64,000 nucleotides of DNA from Bacteroidota bacterium (GTDB lineage Bacteria > Bacteroidota > Ignavibacteria > UBA10030): assembly GCA_035574455.1 (NCBI GenBank), contig DATLYT010000110.1, forward strand, positions 8,882 through 72,881, given 5' to 3'. Position numbers and translations under genes: made by a program. The notes under the pieces were generated by a model. The model had not been told where the DNA came from, did not search any database, and worked only from the letters and a program-made list of their open reading frames with translations. Of the stretch, positions 19,553 to 28,562 are shown one piece after another; position 1 is the stretch's first letter; each line of letters opens with the position of its first letter.

Positions 19553-19563
19553 GCGGTTACGAA

Positions 19564-19645
19564 GGGCTACCATAATGCCGCCGCCACCGCTGCTGTGATA
19601 ATTTTGTTTGAACTTGTTCTACCAACATTTCGTCCCTACGGGACG
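19564..19645. repeat. Dispersed repeat element, family 3 (GGCTACCATAATGCCGCC ... CTACCAACATTTCGTCCCTACG), copy 1.
   Basis: Shares both end motifs with the element at 26859..26988. Contains the hairpin CGTCCCtacgGGACG. Intergenic, between the ggt 3' end and the btuB promoter. Confidence 0.5.
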
Positions 19646-19663
19646 ACAAGGAAGGATAACTTT

Positions 19664-21373
19664 TCAGTACCCAATTGCCGCACCATCGGCATCGCGTGGG
19701 TCGGATGCACCAAGCCGCAATCCGGTTTTCCAATCGATCATGATCCCCATCGCGCGGCCTTGATAGTCCCGCACACGCGTACGATGGCCAATCATCTGCA
19801 GCAGTCGCTCGGAATCCATCGTCGTCGCGTACGGCTCGATGGTGACAACATTCGGCATCCACTGGTGATGAATACGGCCGGCCGTGATGGCTTGGGAGAT
19901 GTTCATCTGAAAATCGATAACGTTCAGGATGATCTGCAAGACGGTATTGATAATCGTGCGACCGCCCGGCGACCCGATCAACACCCAGGGTTTTCCATCT
20001 TTCGCGACGATGGTTGGCGTCATGCTCGATAACATCCGCTTACCGGGAGCGACGAGATTCGGCTTTGTTCCGATCATTCCGGTGCTGTCCGTTCGTCCCG
20101 GCACAGGGTTGAAGTCCCCCATCTCATTGTTGTAAAGAAAGCCCAGCCCCTCAGCCACGATTCTCGACCCGTACCAGTACTCCAGTGTGTACGTCACCAC
20201 GACGGCGTTCCCTTCGGCATCCACAACCGAATAGTGCGTCGTTTCCGGACTCTCATACGCCTCAGCCACTTCCTTCACATCGATGGTGGAAGCATGGCTG
20301 AGACTAATCGATTTGCGTACTTCCTCTGCGTACGCCTTCGAGATCAGGCGACTGATCGGCATGTCGGGGTTGAAATCCGGATCGCCTAAATATCTCGCAC
20401 GGTCTGCATAGGCGCGACGCATTGCTTCGGTGAGCAGATGCAAATACATCGCCGAATTATGCCCGTATGACTTCAGGTCATAGCCCTCGAGGATATTCAA
20501 CATCTCGATCAGCGCCGTTCCTCCAGAACTTGGAGGGGGCATCGAGTAGATGTCGTAACCCCGGTAGGTTCCGTGCAGAGGAGTTCTTTCCTTCGCTTCG
20601 TACGCTGCGAGGTCGGCTTCGGTAATCAACCCGCCGTTCTTTTTCATGTCTGCCGCAATGAGCCGTGCTGTTTCGCCCTTGTAGAATCCATCCTTGCCGT
20701 AGCGTTGAATGCGCTTCAAGGTCTTGGCCAAATCAGGCTGCTTCCAGATATCATCGGCTTCGTAGGTGAGGGTATCCTTTTTGAAAAATGATTTGACCGA
20801 AGCAGGATATTTTTTGAAATCTTCCTTCAGCGCCTTCAGGTCGTCCGCCAGGTCCCACGTGACGGCAAAGCCCTTTTCTGCAAGCCGCACGGCAGGCTCC
20901 GTCAGTTCTTTCCACGATTTTGTCCCGAAGCGCTTGAGGGCAAGGTCGAATCCCGCCACCGTCCCGGGCACACCGACCGCCAGATAGCCGTCGTGGTTCA
21001 GGTTTCGGATGTAGTTGCCGGCAGAGTCGACATACATCCGTTCATGAGCCGCCGCCGGTGCCTTTTCGCGAAAATCGAAGGCCGTAACCTTTCCGTCCTT
21101 CGTGAAGACAATCATAAACCCGCCGCCGCCAATGTTCCCCGCTCCGGGAAGAACGACCGCCAACGCGAGACCCGTTGCCACGGCGGCGTCCACGGCGTTG
21201 CCACCCTTCTTGAGGACCTCAACGCCGACTTGTGAAGCGAGGAAATGCGAAGAGACGACCATTCCTTTCCGGGCACGGACGGGGTCTTTCGCACCCGAAC
21301 GAAAGGCATACGACACGGGCGTCGCCGCGTTGAACAGCAGCACTACGAGGACAAGCCAGGACAATTTCTTCAT
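19664..21373 (-). CDS. ggt: Gamma-glutamyltranspeptidase.
   Basis: Signal peptide. GGT family N-terminal region (GGNAVDAAVA..NIGGGGFM) and the nucleophile region TTHYSVVD. 569 aa. Confidence 0.9.
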   Translation of the reverse strand: MKKLSWLVLVVLLFNAATPVSYAFRSGAKDPVRARKGMVVSSHFLASQVGVEVLKKGGNAVDAAVATGLALAVVLPGAGNIGGGGFMIVFTKDGKVTAFDFREKAPAAAHERMYVDSAGNYIRNLNHDGYLAVGVPGTVAGFDLALKRFGTKSWKELTEPAVRLAEKGFAVTWDLADDLKALKEDFKKYPASVKSFFKKDTLTYEADDIWKQPDLAKTLKRIQRYGKDGFYKGETARLIAADMKKNGGLITEADLAAYEAKERTPLHGTYRGYDIYSMPPPSSGGTALIEMLNILEGYDLKSYGHNSAMYLHLLTEAMRRAYADRARYLGDPDFNPDMPISRLISKAYAEEVRKSISLSHASTIDVKEVAEAYESPETTHYSVVDAEGNAVVVTYTLEYWYGSRIVAEGLGFLYNNEMGDFNPVPGRTDSTGMIGTKPNLVAPGKRMLSSMTPTIVAKDGKPWVLIGSPGGRTIINTVLQIILNVIDFQMNISQAITAGRIHHQWMPNVVTIEPYATTMDSERLLQMIGHRTRVRDYQGRAMGIMIDWKTGLRLGASDPRDADGAAIGY

Positions 21374-21426
21374 GGAAAAAACCCGGGAATGTAGTTGAGA
21401 AACCTCTGAAAAACTCTCAACACAAT

Positions 21427-21518
21427 GTCATTCTGAGCGAAGTGAAGAACCTTCCCTTCACATCCATCCTGAAAAGCGAGATCTTTCGTCCCCGCCTTCG
21501 GCGGATCCTCTGAATGAC
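21427..21518. repeat. Dispersed inverted-repeat element, family 1 (GTCATTCTGAG ... CTCAGAATGAC type, with an inner GC hairpin), copy with an internal insertion.
   Basis: gtcattctgagcgaagtgaag ... ccgccttcggcgg ... tctgaatgac. Related copies at 27128..27152, 27351..27388 and 35713..35751. The spurious ORF 21417..21719 translates this repeat (..FTSLRMTLC). Confidence 0.5.
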
Positions 21519-21627
21519 AATCTTTTTTCTTTCTTCAGAAGTCTCAGTAGTGAATTGAGGGAAACTTGTGTATTGGTAGCTACGGATGTACACTGTATCG
21601 TCAGAGGCTCTGATGCTACGGGTAACA

Positions 21628-22047
21628 TCAAAACGGGAGGTCGTCGACCTTTTCTGCGCCACCTTCCGGTTGCTGGGAGGGCGTTGGCTCACCAGCCGCA
21701 GGTGCAGCACCTCGAGCATCCAACATCACCAACTGGTCGGCTACAATTTCAGTGACATAACGCTTCACACCATTTTTATCGTCATAACTCCGGTACTGTA
21801 GTCGCCCTTCTAGATATACTTTGCTTCCCTTTTTCAGGTACTCACCGCAAATCTCCGCGAGCTTGCTCCAGGCAACAATGTTATGCCACTCGGTTTTCTC
21901 TTGCACATTTCCACTTGGATCGCGTCGCTGTTCATTCGTTGCGAGGCTGAACGTTGCCACAGCAACGCCGCTGTTGGTGTACCGCAGCTCGGGGTCCTTC
22001 CCTAAGTTTCCAAGCAAAATGACCTTATTTACACTTCGTGACGCCAT
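21628..22047 (-). CDS. ssb: Single-stranded DNA-binding protein.
   Basis: OB-fold SSB consensus ([19 protein letters not shown]..). Gly/Pro-rich tail ending in the acidic motif DDLPF. GGAGGAAAG ribosome-binding site before the ATG at 22047. Confidence 0.9.
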   Translation of the reverse strand: MASRSVNKVILLGNLGKDPELRYTNSGVAVATFSLATNEQRRDPSGNVQEKTEWHNIVAWSKLAEICGEYLKKGSKVYLEGRLQYRSYDDKNGVKRYVTEIVADQLVMLDARGAAPAAGEPTPSQQPEGGAEKVDDLPF

Positions 22048-22180
22048 ATCGCTTTCCTCCAACCTTGAGTGGATGGTGACAGTGTCTGTAAAAACAACTT
22101 CGAGAAATTAGCGCAAAGGGGTGAGAATGTCAAGCTCTTCCGGCGGTCAGGGCCATAGGTAAATGTTGACCCGGTTTCAT

Positions 22181-23068
22181 TTAAGGCGCGGCGCGAAAGG
22201 TCAACGCCACTAGGTGATGTGGGGTAAGCAGGAGGAGTTTGCCATTCTGCAACACGACATCACGCAAGGGTGCAAGGGGAACGCTTGTAAGAATTGAGGA
22301 GACAAACAGCTTGGTTGTCAGTTTTCCGTCTTTCGAAAACCAATAGAGAACATCATCCGTCACCACCAAAAACCCCTGGGCATCGACGTCGAAGCCGCGG
22401 GCGCCCTGCAACAAACCTTCGCCGATGGTTCGGACAACATTGCCGAAATAATCGAATTCGACGATGCGATGGGGTTCAAGAACGTACACCCGGTCATCGC
22501 GCGACACCAGGATTTTCACGGGCTGCTGAAGCTTGCCCCGCTCCGACTCGATCCCCCCGAACGTGCGTTCCAACTGCAGTCGAGGGGTAAACTTGAGGAC
22601 ACGGGGATTTTCCGTCTCGAGTACGAACAGGTCACCCTGGCGCGAGAGTGCCACGCCCATCGGAAATCCAAACCGGACACGAGCAATGTTGGTGTCACGC
22701 GTCGTGAAGGTTGAGAGAAAATTCAGGTTGCGGTCGAACCGTTGGATACGGTGGTTGTTGTAGTCTGCCACGTAAAGGTTCAACCCGTCCGTTGTCAGAC
22801 CGGTGGGTCGGTCGAACGACGTCGTTCCCCAGCCAAAACCGCCGACCGAACGGGGTTGAGCAGTTGGACTGACGAAGCAATGCACACGATGGTCTTCCGT
22901 ATCGGCAACATAGATCCATCCCTGCGGACTCACGACAACCCGCGTCGCCGACGTAAACGAACCGAGGAAGTATTCTTCCTGGAGGAGGGTATCAGCCGGT
23001 GAGAGACCTTCCAGGTGCCCTGGACATTCTATCCCGACGAACAGCGCTACTGCAACAAGCGCTTCCAT
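22181..23068 (-). CDS. NHL-repeat beta-propeller protein.
   Basis: Repeated motifs of the YVADxxNHRIQRFD type (e.g. LYVADYNNHRIQRFD, DLFVLETENPRVLKF). The start overlaps the upstream GWxTD gene by about 22 nt if the ATG at 23068 is used. Confidence 0.65.
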   Translation of the reverse strand: MEALVAVALFVGIECPGHLEGLSPADTLLQEEYFLGSFTSATRVVVSPQGWIYVADTEDHRVHCFVSPTAQPRSVGGFGWGTTSFDRPTGLTTDGLNLYVADYNNHRIQRFDRNLNFLSTFTTRDTNIARVRFGFPMGVALSRQGDLFVLETENPRVLKFTPRLQLERTFGGIESERGKLQQPVKILVSRDDRVYVLEPHRIVEFDYFGNVVRTIGEGLLQGARGFDVDAQGFLVVTDDVLYWFSKDGKLTTKLFVSSILTSVPLAPLRDVVLQNGKLLLLTPHHLVALTFRAAP

Positions 23069-24411
23069 TCGTCATCCCTGATCTCGCCACGTTTCGTAGA
23101 ATGTACCAGGATGTATTCGCTAAAGCCCGAACGGTCGACAAAGACAAACTCCACACCGTTCTCGATCTGGTAGTAATGCCAGATTTCATGCGGCTTGGCG
23201 TTGCTCTGGCTGGGGAGTCGTTCGATCTCGTCCGGGTCGCCATAGAGAATGTACACCCGCCCGCGATCGGTCGTCCAACCTTCGCGCGTCTGGTTTCCGT
23301 ATCGCTGGTTGGCAATCGAGATACGTTGCAGGTAGTCCGAGCGACGGACAGGATTCTTGCCGGGTTTCCCCTTCTCCACCTCGGCCCAGAACTTCGATAA
23401 GAATTCGCGACGTGCTTCTTCGGTCGTCAACTTCGCGAAGGTTCGAATATCCTCATCCGCCGCGACGTACTGTGCTTTCCGAAATTCTGCGGCCAACTCG
23501 TCGGCGGTCATCCCGGCCAGCTCGCTCGCTTTGAGCGCAGCGGCACTCACCTGCGTCGGTTGAATGTGGGGATTGTAGATGTAGAATGTCTTATTCGTGG
23601 CGTGGAGAACCTTCCCGCCTTCATCCAACAACGAAACGACAAGATGGTACTTACCGGAACTGACCGAGGCCACATTGACCATGCCGACATCGACGGCATT
23701 CCGCACGCCGAATTTCCGCGGCTTGGAAGTTTCTTTCACTACTTTCCTCGACCCGTCAATCACCTGGGATTTGAGTGCATACTGGCGGTTGGGATCAAGG
23801 TTATACAGCTCGAGGTAATGAAAAACGACCGGACTACTCGTGACGCCGAAAACCAACGTGGCGTTTGGGACCACTTCGAGGGAATTCTTGTAAAACGCGT
23901 TGGTTTTATCGTCCGATGATTTGATCTCCGAGCACAGTTCTAAATCGCTCAACGCCGGCTCGCTACCGTAGGGCTTCACCGAAATAGGAACGTCGATGCT
24001 GTCTTGGCGCGAGGGCTGCAAAGAATCCGTCGCAAGCACATGAAGCCGATACTCTCCAAACGGCAACTGATATCCCGCCTGGCTAATGAACGTCGAGCGC
24101 GTGCCATTCCCGCTCGTATCGGCAACGGCAATCGGCAATAGCGACCGCTCGTGTTTGAGGACCTCACCCGTTGTGGCGTTCAACAGACGTACCTGCAGAA
24201 GGACGCCCCCGCGAAACACTCCCCCACTCTGTTCTAACGTGACCAGCCGAGGATAAAACCCGTAGTAGACCTCGACGTATCCACTCTGCTGGTCATACTG
24301 GAATCGGGCATAATCCACGTTGAGCACGAACGAATTCGACGCCGTCTGAGCGTGGAGGAAGCTGGCACAGAAAAATAATGTCACCAGCAAACGTTGAACT
24401 CTCGTGGTCAT
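23047..24411 (-). CDS. GWxTD-domain protein (secreted).
   Basis: Signal peptide MTTRVQRLLVTLFFCASFLHAQ. C-terminal GWxTD domain: ..NQTREGWTTDRGRVYILYGDPDEIERLP..HEIWHY..VFVFVDRSGFSEYILVHS. Confidence 0.7.
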   Translation of the reverse strand: MTTRVQRLLVTLFFCASFLHAQTASNSFVLNVDYARFQYDQQSGYVEVYYGFYPRLVTLEQSGGVFRGGVLLQVRLLNATTGEVLKHERSLLPIAVADTSGNGTRSTFISQAGYQLPFGEYRLHVLATDSLQPSRQDSIDVPISVKPYGSEPALSDLELCSEIKSSDDKTNAFYKNSLEVVPNATLVFGVTSSPVVFHYLELYNLDPNRQYALKSQVIDGSRKVVKETSKPRKFGVRNAVDVGMVNVASVSSGKYHLVVSLLDEGGKVLHATNKTFYIYNPHIQPTQVSAAALKASELAGMTADELAAEFRKAQYVAADEDIRTFAKLTTEEARREFLSKFWAEVEKGKPGKNPVRRSDYLQRISIANQRYGNQTREGWTTDRGRVYILYGDPDEIERLPSQSNAKPHEIWHYYQIENGVEFVFVDRSGFSEYILVHSTKRGEIRDDEWKRLLQ

Positions 24412-24439
24412 CGCTGCACTCCTTTGTCGGTACAATATA

Positions 24440-26790
24440 TCATCGTGCGAGGATGTTTGCAAGCAAGCGGAGGGCTCCCGCATGGATGTTCAACCACTGG
24501 TGCTGCAGGTCGAGGTCGATGTACGAGAAGCGCCCCTGCCCCACCGGTTTTGAAACCACGAGCGGCGTTCCCGTTCGACGTTCTTTCAGAAGCACTTCCC
24601 AGTCAGCGGCAGGGTCAAGACGAACGGTATTATAGCCGAGGCGGTAGAGCCAGAAGGACCAGTCCTCGCCTGTCAGATCGTTCAATGTTCGCAGAACCGG
24701 GTGAGAATGATCTATCACTACGGAGGATTGGGTACTCAAAGCAAGGGACCGTTCAAGGGTTATACCGCCAAGAATAGGGCGAGCATTCCAGGTGCGGTCA
24801 TCCTGTGGAAGAACCACGACATGACCACCCCTGCGAGCAAACTCTTCAATCTCAGTACTACGCTCCCGAATATCGGGTACCAATGTCCATACTCGCTGAT
24901 CGATCAGCAGCACGTCAAGGTCTCGGAGTTGTTCACTGAGATTGCCCGAAACGGCAATCATCCGCGCCGGAAGTCTGAGCCGACGCAAGGCATCCAAGGT
25001 CGGCGATGAGGAAACTCCAGGAATCATGCCGATCCGTTTCGTCGAATCCACACGAACCGAAAAACTCCGTACCACATACTGCGCGACCGAATCTTCACCG
25101 ATCTTCAGCGGCATCAGATAGCTTCCCTCCGGGAGCGGAGCAGGCCAGTTCAGCAACAGGGTGTCGGTCTGGGACGCCCCCTTCTGGCTCAGCCGGAACA
25201 TATGACGCGAGGAAGTGATGCGAACGTCATTGGCGTGGAGTGTATCGCGAACACCGTCACGCGAGTTATTCGTCAGACGAACGATCAACCGCTCGTCGGA
25301 AACCGTGTAGACAATCGGCGTCAATACCTCGATCGTGAAGCGAGGAGCAAATTGAAATGGGACAACTGTTCGGTGGACGAAATTTTCCTCTCGCCGCGCG
25401 GCTTTGTGAATAATAAAGACATAGAATGGCCGGAACAGCGAATGCTCCTGGAGACCGTATTGCCCGTGTGGTAACAGGTAGGGTTTTGCATCTTGCACGA
25501 CGAGGCGGTATGCTTCTTTGAGTTTCAGGGGGAAACGATTCTCCAACGCTTCGTTCAAAATCCAGCCCCGTCCGACCGCGGGGAAGAGAATTTCCGTTGT
25601 TCCGTTCGCGCTCAACCCCGTTACCGTATCGATCGCAAAATAGGTGATCTGATTGTCGGTCAGCACATACTCAGTATTGGTGTAGCGCACCGTAACACCA
25701 AGCAGAGCGAGGCGCAGGTTTTCGAGCCCCTCTTTCCACTGCAAGAGGACTTTGCGCTCGGCGGCCTGGGATTCGTACGCGCGGGCAAGCTGAACGTCTA
25801 CGGCATCGATCAGATCGGCGAGTTGAGTAAAAACTCTCGATGAACGTTGCGGGGCATTGACCTTACCCGGCGACTGTACGTACGGACGCGTGAGTGCATC
25901 GATCTGGTCGGCAAGAGGTTTGAGGGTCGCAGGGACGGCTTGCGGTAATCCCTGGTCGGGTCTGCGCAGTGCGGTAAGACTGCGAGGATGGATTGCCTGA
26001 TACCGCCTCGTCTGCTGCCAGAGAGAGCGCTGGATAGACAGCGACGCGTACTGTGCGGCGGCGTCATTGCCGATTGTCTCGTAACTTTTCTTCCAGAGCG
26101 GGTGAACGTCCTGAAGAGGGAAAGACAATCCTCGCTCAGAGCCATCCTCGACCAAAACGCGCCCGACTGACCAGAGGGGAAACGGAGGTAACTCGCGGGG
26201 CATTTTGCCACTCGGGTGAAACGAGAGGCGCTCAACAGCTCGAAGAATATCCTGTCGCATTCCTTCCCACCGGATACTCTGGCCCCGACTTTCTCGGTCG
26301 GCTGCAATCAGAATAACGTCGGGGCGAATTGTCGAAATTAACCGCATCAGTCGATACTGCACGCTATCACGAGGCCACTGTTGCCGAAGCTCTGTCGTAT
26401 CAGCTACTGCCGCGAGGTCCGGCAGGTTGAGAAAATAGACCTCTCCTCCAAGTACTCGTAACGCACTCGCCGCCTCCTCGCGTCGGACCGCAGCGAGGTG
26501 ATGCGGATACTCCGCGCGCAGGTCGCTTTCGCCCGCTTCGCCGTTGGTTACATAGGCACTTGTGATCTTCGCTCCTCGAGCGAAACGGAAATAGGCCAAT
26601 GCGGCCAAGTCTTCAAATCCGGGCTGGAGTGCAATGGAGAGCACCTGGAGCCGGCTGCGTACATCCACTGCACGCTGATAGATTGCCTCAGGTCCCGTTT
26701 CCGGGAAATACGTCGTTGACTTGGTTTGAGAGAAAAGATGGGGAGCCACAACGAGAATTGCGGCGGCTAAGAGGAGTTGAAAGAGACGCA
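24440..26790 (-). CDS. Large secreted protein (about 780 aa) with a degenerate LmbE/PIG-L-like deacetylase-fold N-terminal domain and a ThuA/class-I glutamine amidotransferase-like C-terminal region. Function unknown.
   Basis: Signal peptide MRLFQLLLAAAILVVAPHLFSQ (ATG at 26790 preferred over the track start at 26953). LmbE-like spacing with the first HPDDE motif replaced by QPGFED, followed by ..TNGEAGE..HHLAAVRREEAASALRVLG... C-terminal ..GGHVVVLPQDDRTW... Confidence 0.5.
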
Positions 26791-26858
26791 TAGTGCTGTC
26801 TAAATTCTGGAATAATGCTTTGGTATGCAAGACAAAATATGAACGACCTTGCTTTACG

Positions 26859-26988
26859 AGGGCTACCATAATGTCGCCGCTACCGCGGCTACCATTCATA
26901 ATGTTGTTTGGGCTACTACCATAATGCCGCCCCTGACGGGGCTTCCATCTCAACGCTCTTGATATGCTACCAACATTTCGTCCCTACG
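26859..26988. repeat. Dispersed repeat element, family 3, copy 2 (with an internal duplication of the GGCTACCATAATG(C/T)CGCC motif).
   Basis: Shares the GGGCTACCATAATG.CGCC and CTACCAACATTTCGTCCCTACG ends with 19564..19645. Confidence 0.5.
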
Positions 26989-26995
26989 AAACTAT

Positions 26996-27330
26996 TCTTT
27001 GCGCCCTTTGCGGTTATTTCCTTAACCGCCAAAAACGCAAAGAGCGCTAAGGTGAAAAACCAGCCTCTTTTTTCAAACGCTCTGCGTCGAAACGGCACCG
27101 GCAAGAGCCCTACACTGCCTTTTTTGAGATTCTTCGCTTCGCTCAGAATGACAAGAGACTGCGGTTCTTTGCACCCTTTGTGGTTAACTCCCTAATCGCC
27201 AAGAACGCAAAGGACGCTAAGGTGAAAAGCCAGCTATTTTTTCCCACGCTCCGCGTAGGAACACTGGGGGAAGACGTCCCTTTCCGTTCAGACGGAGACC
27301 GTCGGAACGAGAAAAACAAAAGGCTGTCCC
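26996..27330. repeat. Tandem direct repeat (two ~165-bp units, about 75-80% identical), each built from nested inverted repeats and carrying a family-2-like segment.
   Basis: Unit 1 begins ctttgcgccctttgcggttatttccttaaccgccaaaaacgcaaagagcgctaaggtgaaaaaccagc... Unit 2 begins ctttgcaccctttgtggttaactccctaatcgccaagaacgcaaaggacgctaaggtgaaaagccagc... The spurious ORFs 26908..27195 and 27180..27419 both translate AKNAK.AKVK.Q. Confidence 0.55.
27243..27314. repeat. Dispersed repeat element, family 2 (two hairpins: GTTCCCACGCgGAGCGTGGGAAC and TTCCGTTCCGACGGTCTCcGTCGGAACGGAA), copy 1.
   Basis: Reverse-complement match to 38744..38824. Both spurious ORFs translate the peptide PTLRVGTL...PFRSD.DRRNEK. 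Confidence 0.55.
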
Positions 27331-27350
27331 GAGCAATCGGAACAGCCTTT

Positions 27351-27388
27351 GACATTCTGAGCAGGCGAAGAAGGACATCTTCGCCTGC
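27351..27388. repeat. Family-1-related hairpin element (gacattctgagcaggcgaaga-aggacatc-ttcgcctgc).
   Basis: Shares the (g)tcattctgag arm. Sits just downstream of the PorP/SprF-like gene stop and may act as its terminator. Confidence 0.4.
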
Positions 27389-27402
27389 CACAGAGGGTTT
27401 TC

Positions 27403-28449
27403 TTAGAACCCTAACTTAATCGAGATCACCTGGTTGGCGTCGAAGAATTCCACCTGGCGGTATGCATAGTCGAGCATAATGTCCAGGCCGGACGCCATGT
27501 AGCCGAATCCGAACCCGAACGTGCCGCCGAAGATGTTCTCCTTCTCTTCCGCCTGAGGAACCATGCCAAGACCGGCACGACCGAAGATGCGGAGCGATTC
27601 CATCGTGATACCCACCTCGCCGCCGAGACGATACTCGTCAAGGTAGAGGTTGTTGTTCGTGAAGGAACCAGCCAGATTCCACGTCATATTGTCGGCCATT
27701 GTGCCGGAATAACCCAGACCGATCTCGACAATCGACGGTAACTCGAAGCTCGCTGCTTCGCTCTTGAAGCGCTGCTCCGGGCGTTGACCTTCCGTCGGAC
27801 GTGCGGATCGGTACAAACCGGACCCGTCGTACTTCATCTGCGGACCGATGTTCTTCACGGTCACGCCGAGGTTCAGGCCGGGCACACCGACCAAGCCATG
27901 GTACTGCACGCCGAAGTCGAGTGCAAAACCGGAAGCGCTTACCCGGTCGATCTGCTCCGAAATGATTTTCGCCGTGATACCGGCAGAGACCGCATCCGTT
28001 AGCGCACGGGAGTAGCTCATCCCGACCGTCACGAACGTCGGTGAGAAGAAGCGGCCGGCGGTATTCTCCGGGTCGTCTTCCGTTGTGAGCGGAATGTCAC
28101 CAAAGTTGAGCGCCTTCACACTCAATGCGATCACACCGAAGTCCCCAAACGACGCTCCCACTGCACCGTAGTTGACCGCAATATCGGCGATATAGCTCAT
28201 ATTCGAAAACATACCCTCGGCGGAATGGGCCATCCGGCCAAGTCCTGCCGGGTTCCAGTGGATCGCTTCCAACCCGCTGGTGGTAGCAATACTGGAGCCA
28301 CCCATCGCGAGGTCGCGACCACCGACCGGAATCAGCAGCTCAGGAGCCGCTGCCGTTCCGATCCTTTTATTCTGCGCGCTGACGCTCTCCACCACGACCG
28401 CAAGCGCCACGCAGAGGACCACTGCTGTCAGAAAAAGTTTCTTACTCAT
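27403..28449 (-). CDS. T9SS-associated outer-membrane beta-barrel protein, PorP/SprF-like (alternatively PorV-like).
   Basis: Signal peptide MSKKLFLTAVVLCVALAVVVESVSAQ after an AAGGAGA ribosome-binding site. N-terminal ..AIHWNPAGLG.. motif (NPA-type motif of the PorP/SprF family). Beta-barrel-like alternating pattern, C-terminal ..ISIKLGF. Encoded immediately downstream of a large T9SS cargo gene, as with sprB-sprF. Confidence 0.6.
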   Translation of the reverse strand: MSKKLFLTAVVLCVALAVVVESVSAQNKRIGTAAAPELLIPVGGRDLAMGGSSIATTSGLEAIHWNPAGLGRMAHSAEGMFSNMSYIADIAVNYGAVGASFGDFGVIALSVKALNFGDIPLTTEDDPENTAGRFFSPTFVTVGMSYSRALTDAVSAGITAKIISEQIDRVSASGFALDFGVQYHGLVGVPGLNLGVTVKNIGPQMKYDGSGLYRSARPTEGQRPEQRFKSEAASFELPSIVEIGLGYSGTMADNMTWNLAGSFTNNNLYLDEYRLGGEVGITMESLRIFGRAGLGMVPQAEEKENIFGGTFGFGFGYMASGLDIMLDYAYRQVEFFDANQVISIKLGF

Positions 28450-28562
28450 GGTTGTTTCTCCTTGTTTTCTATTTCGGTTCATGAACATAGCGTTGCCCGC
28501 CAGAATGTGTAGCGGGCTGGCCCGCCTCTCCGCCAGAGGCGGAGAGGCGGACTCTGCGTGGC

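Noticed and set aside
21417-21719. 100-aa minus-strand ORF between ggt and ssb.
   Set aside because: It overlaps the ssb 3' end and consists largely of translated family-1 repeat (..FTSLRMTLC). It is a repeat artefact.
26848-27420. Possible CRISPR array suggested by closely spaced repeats.
   Set aside because: The repeats are heterogeneous nested inverted repeats and a two-unit tandem duplication. They lack regular spacer periodicity, and no cas genes are present.
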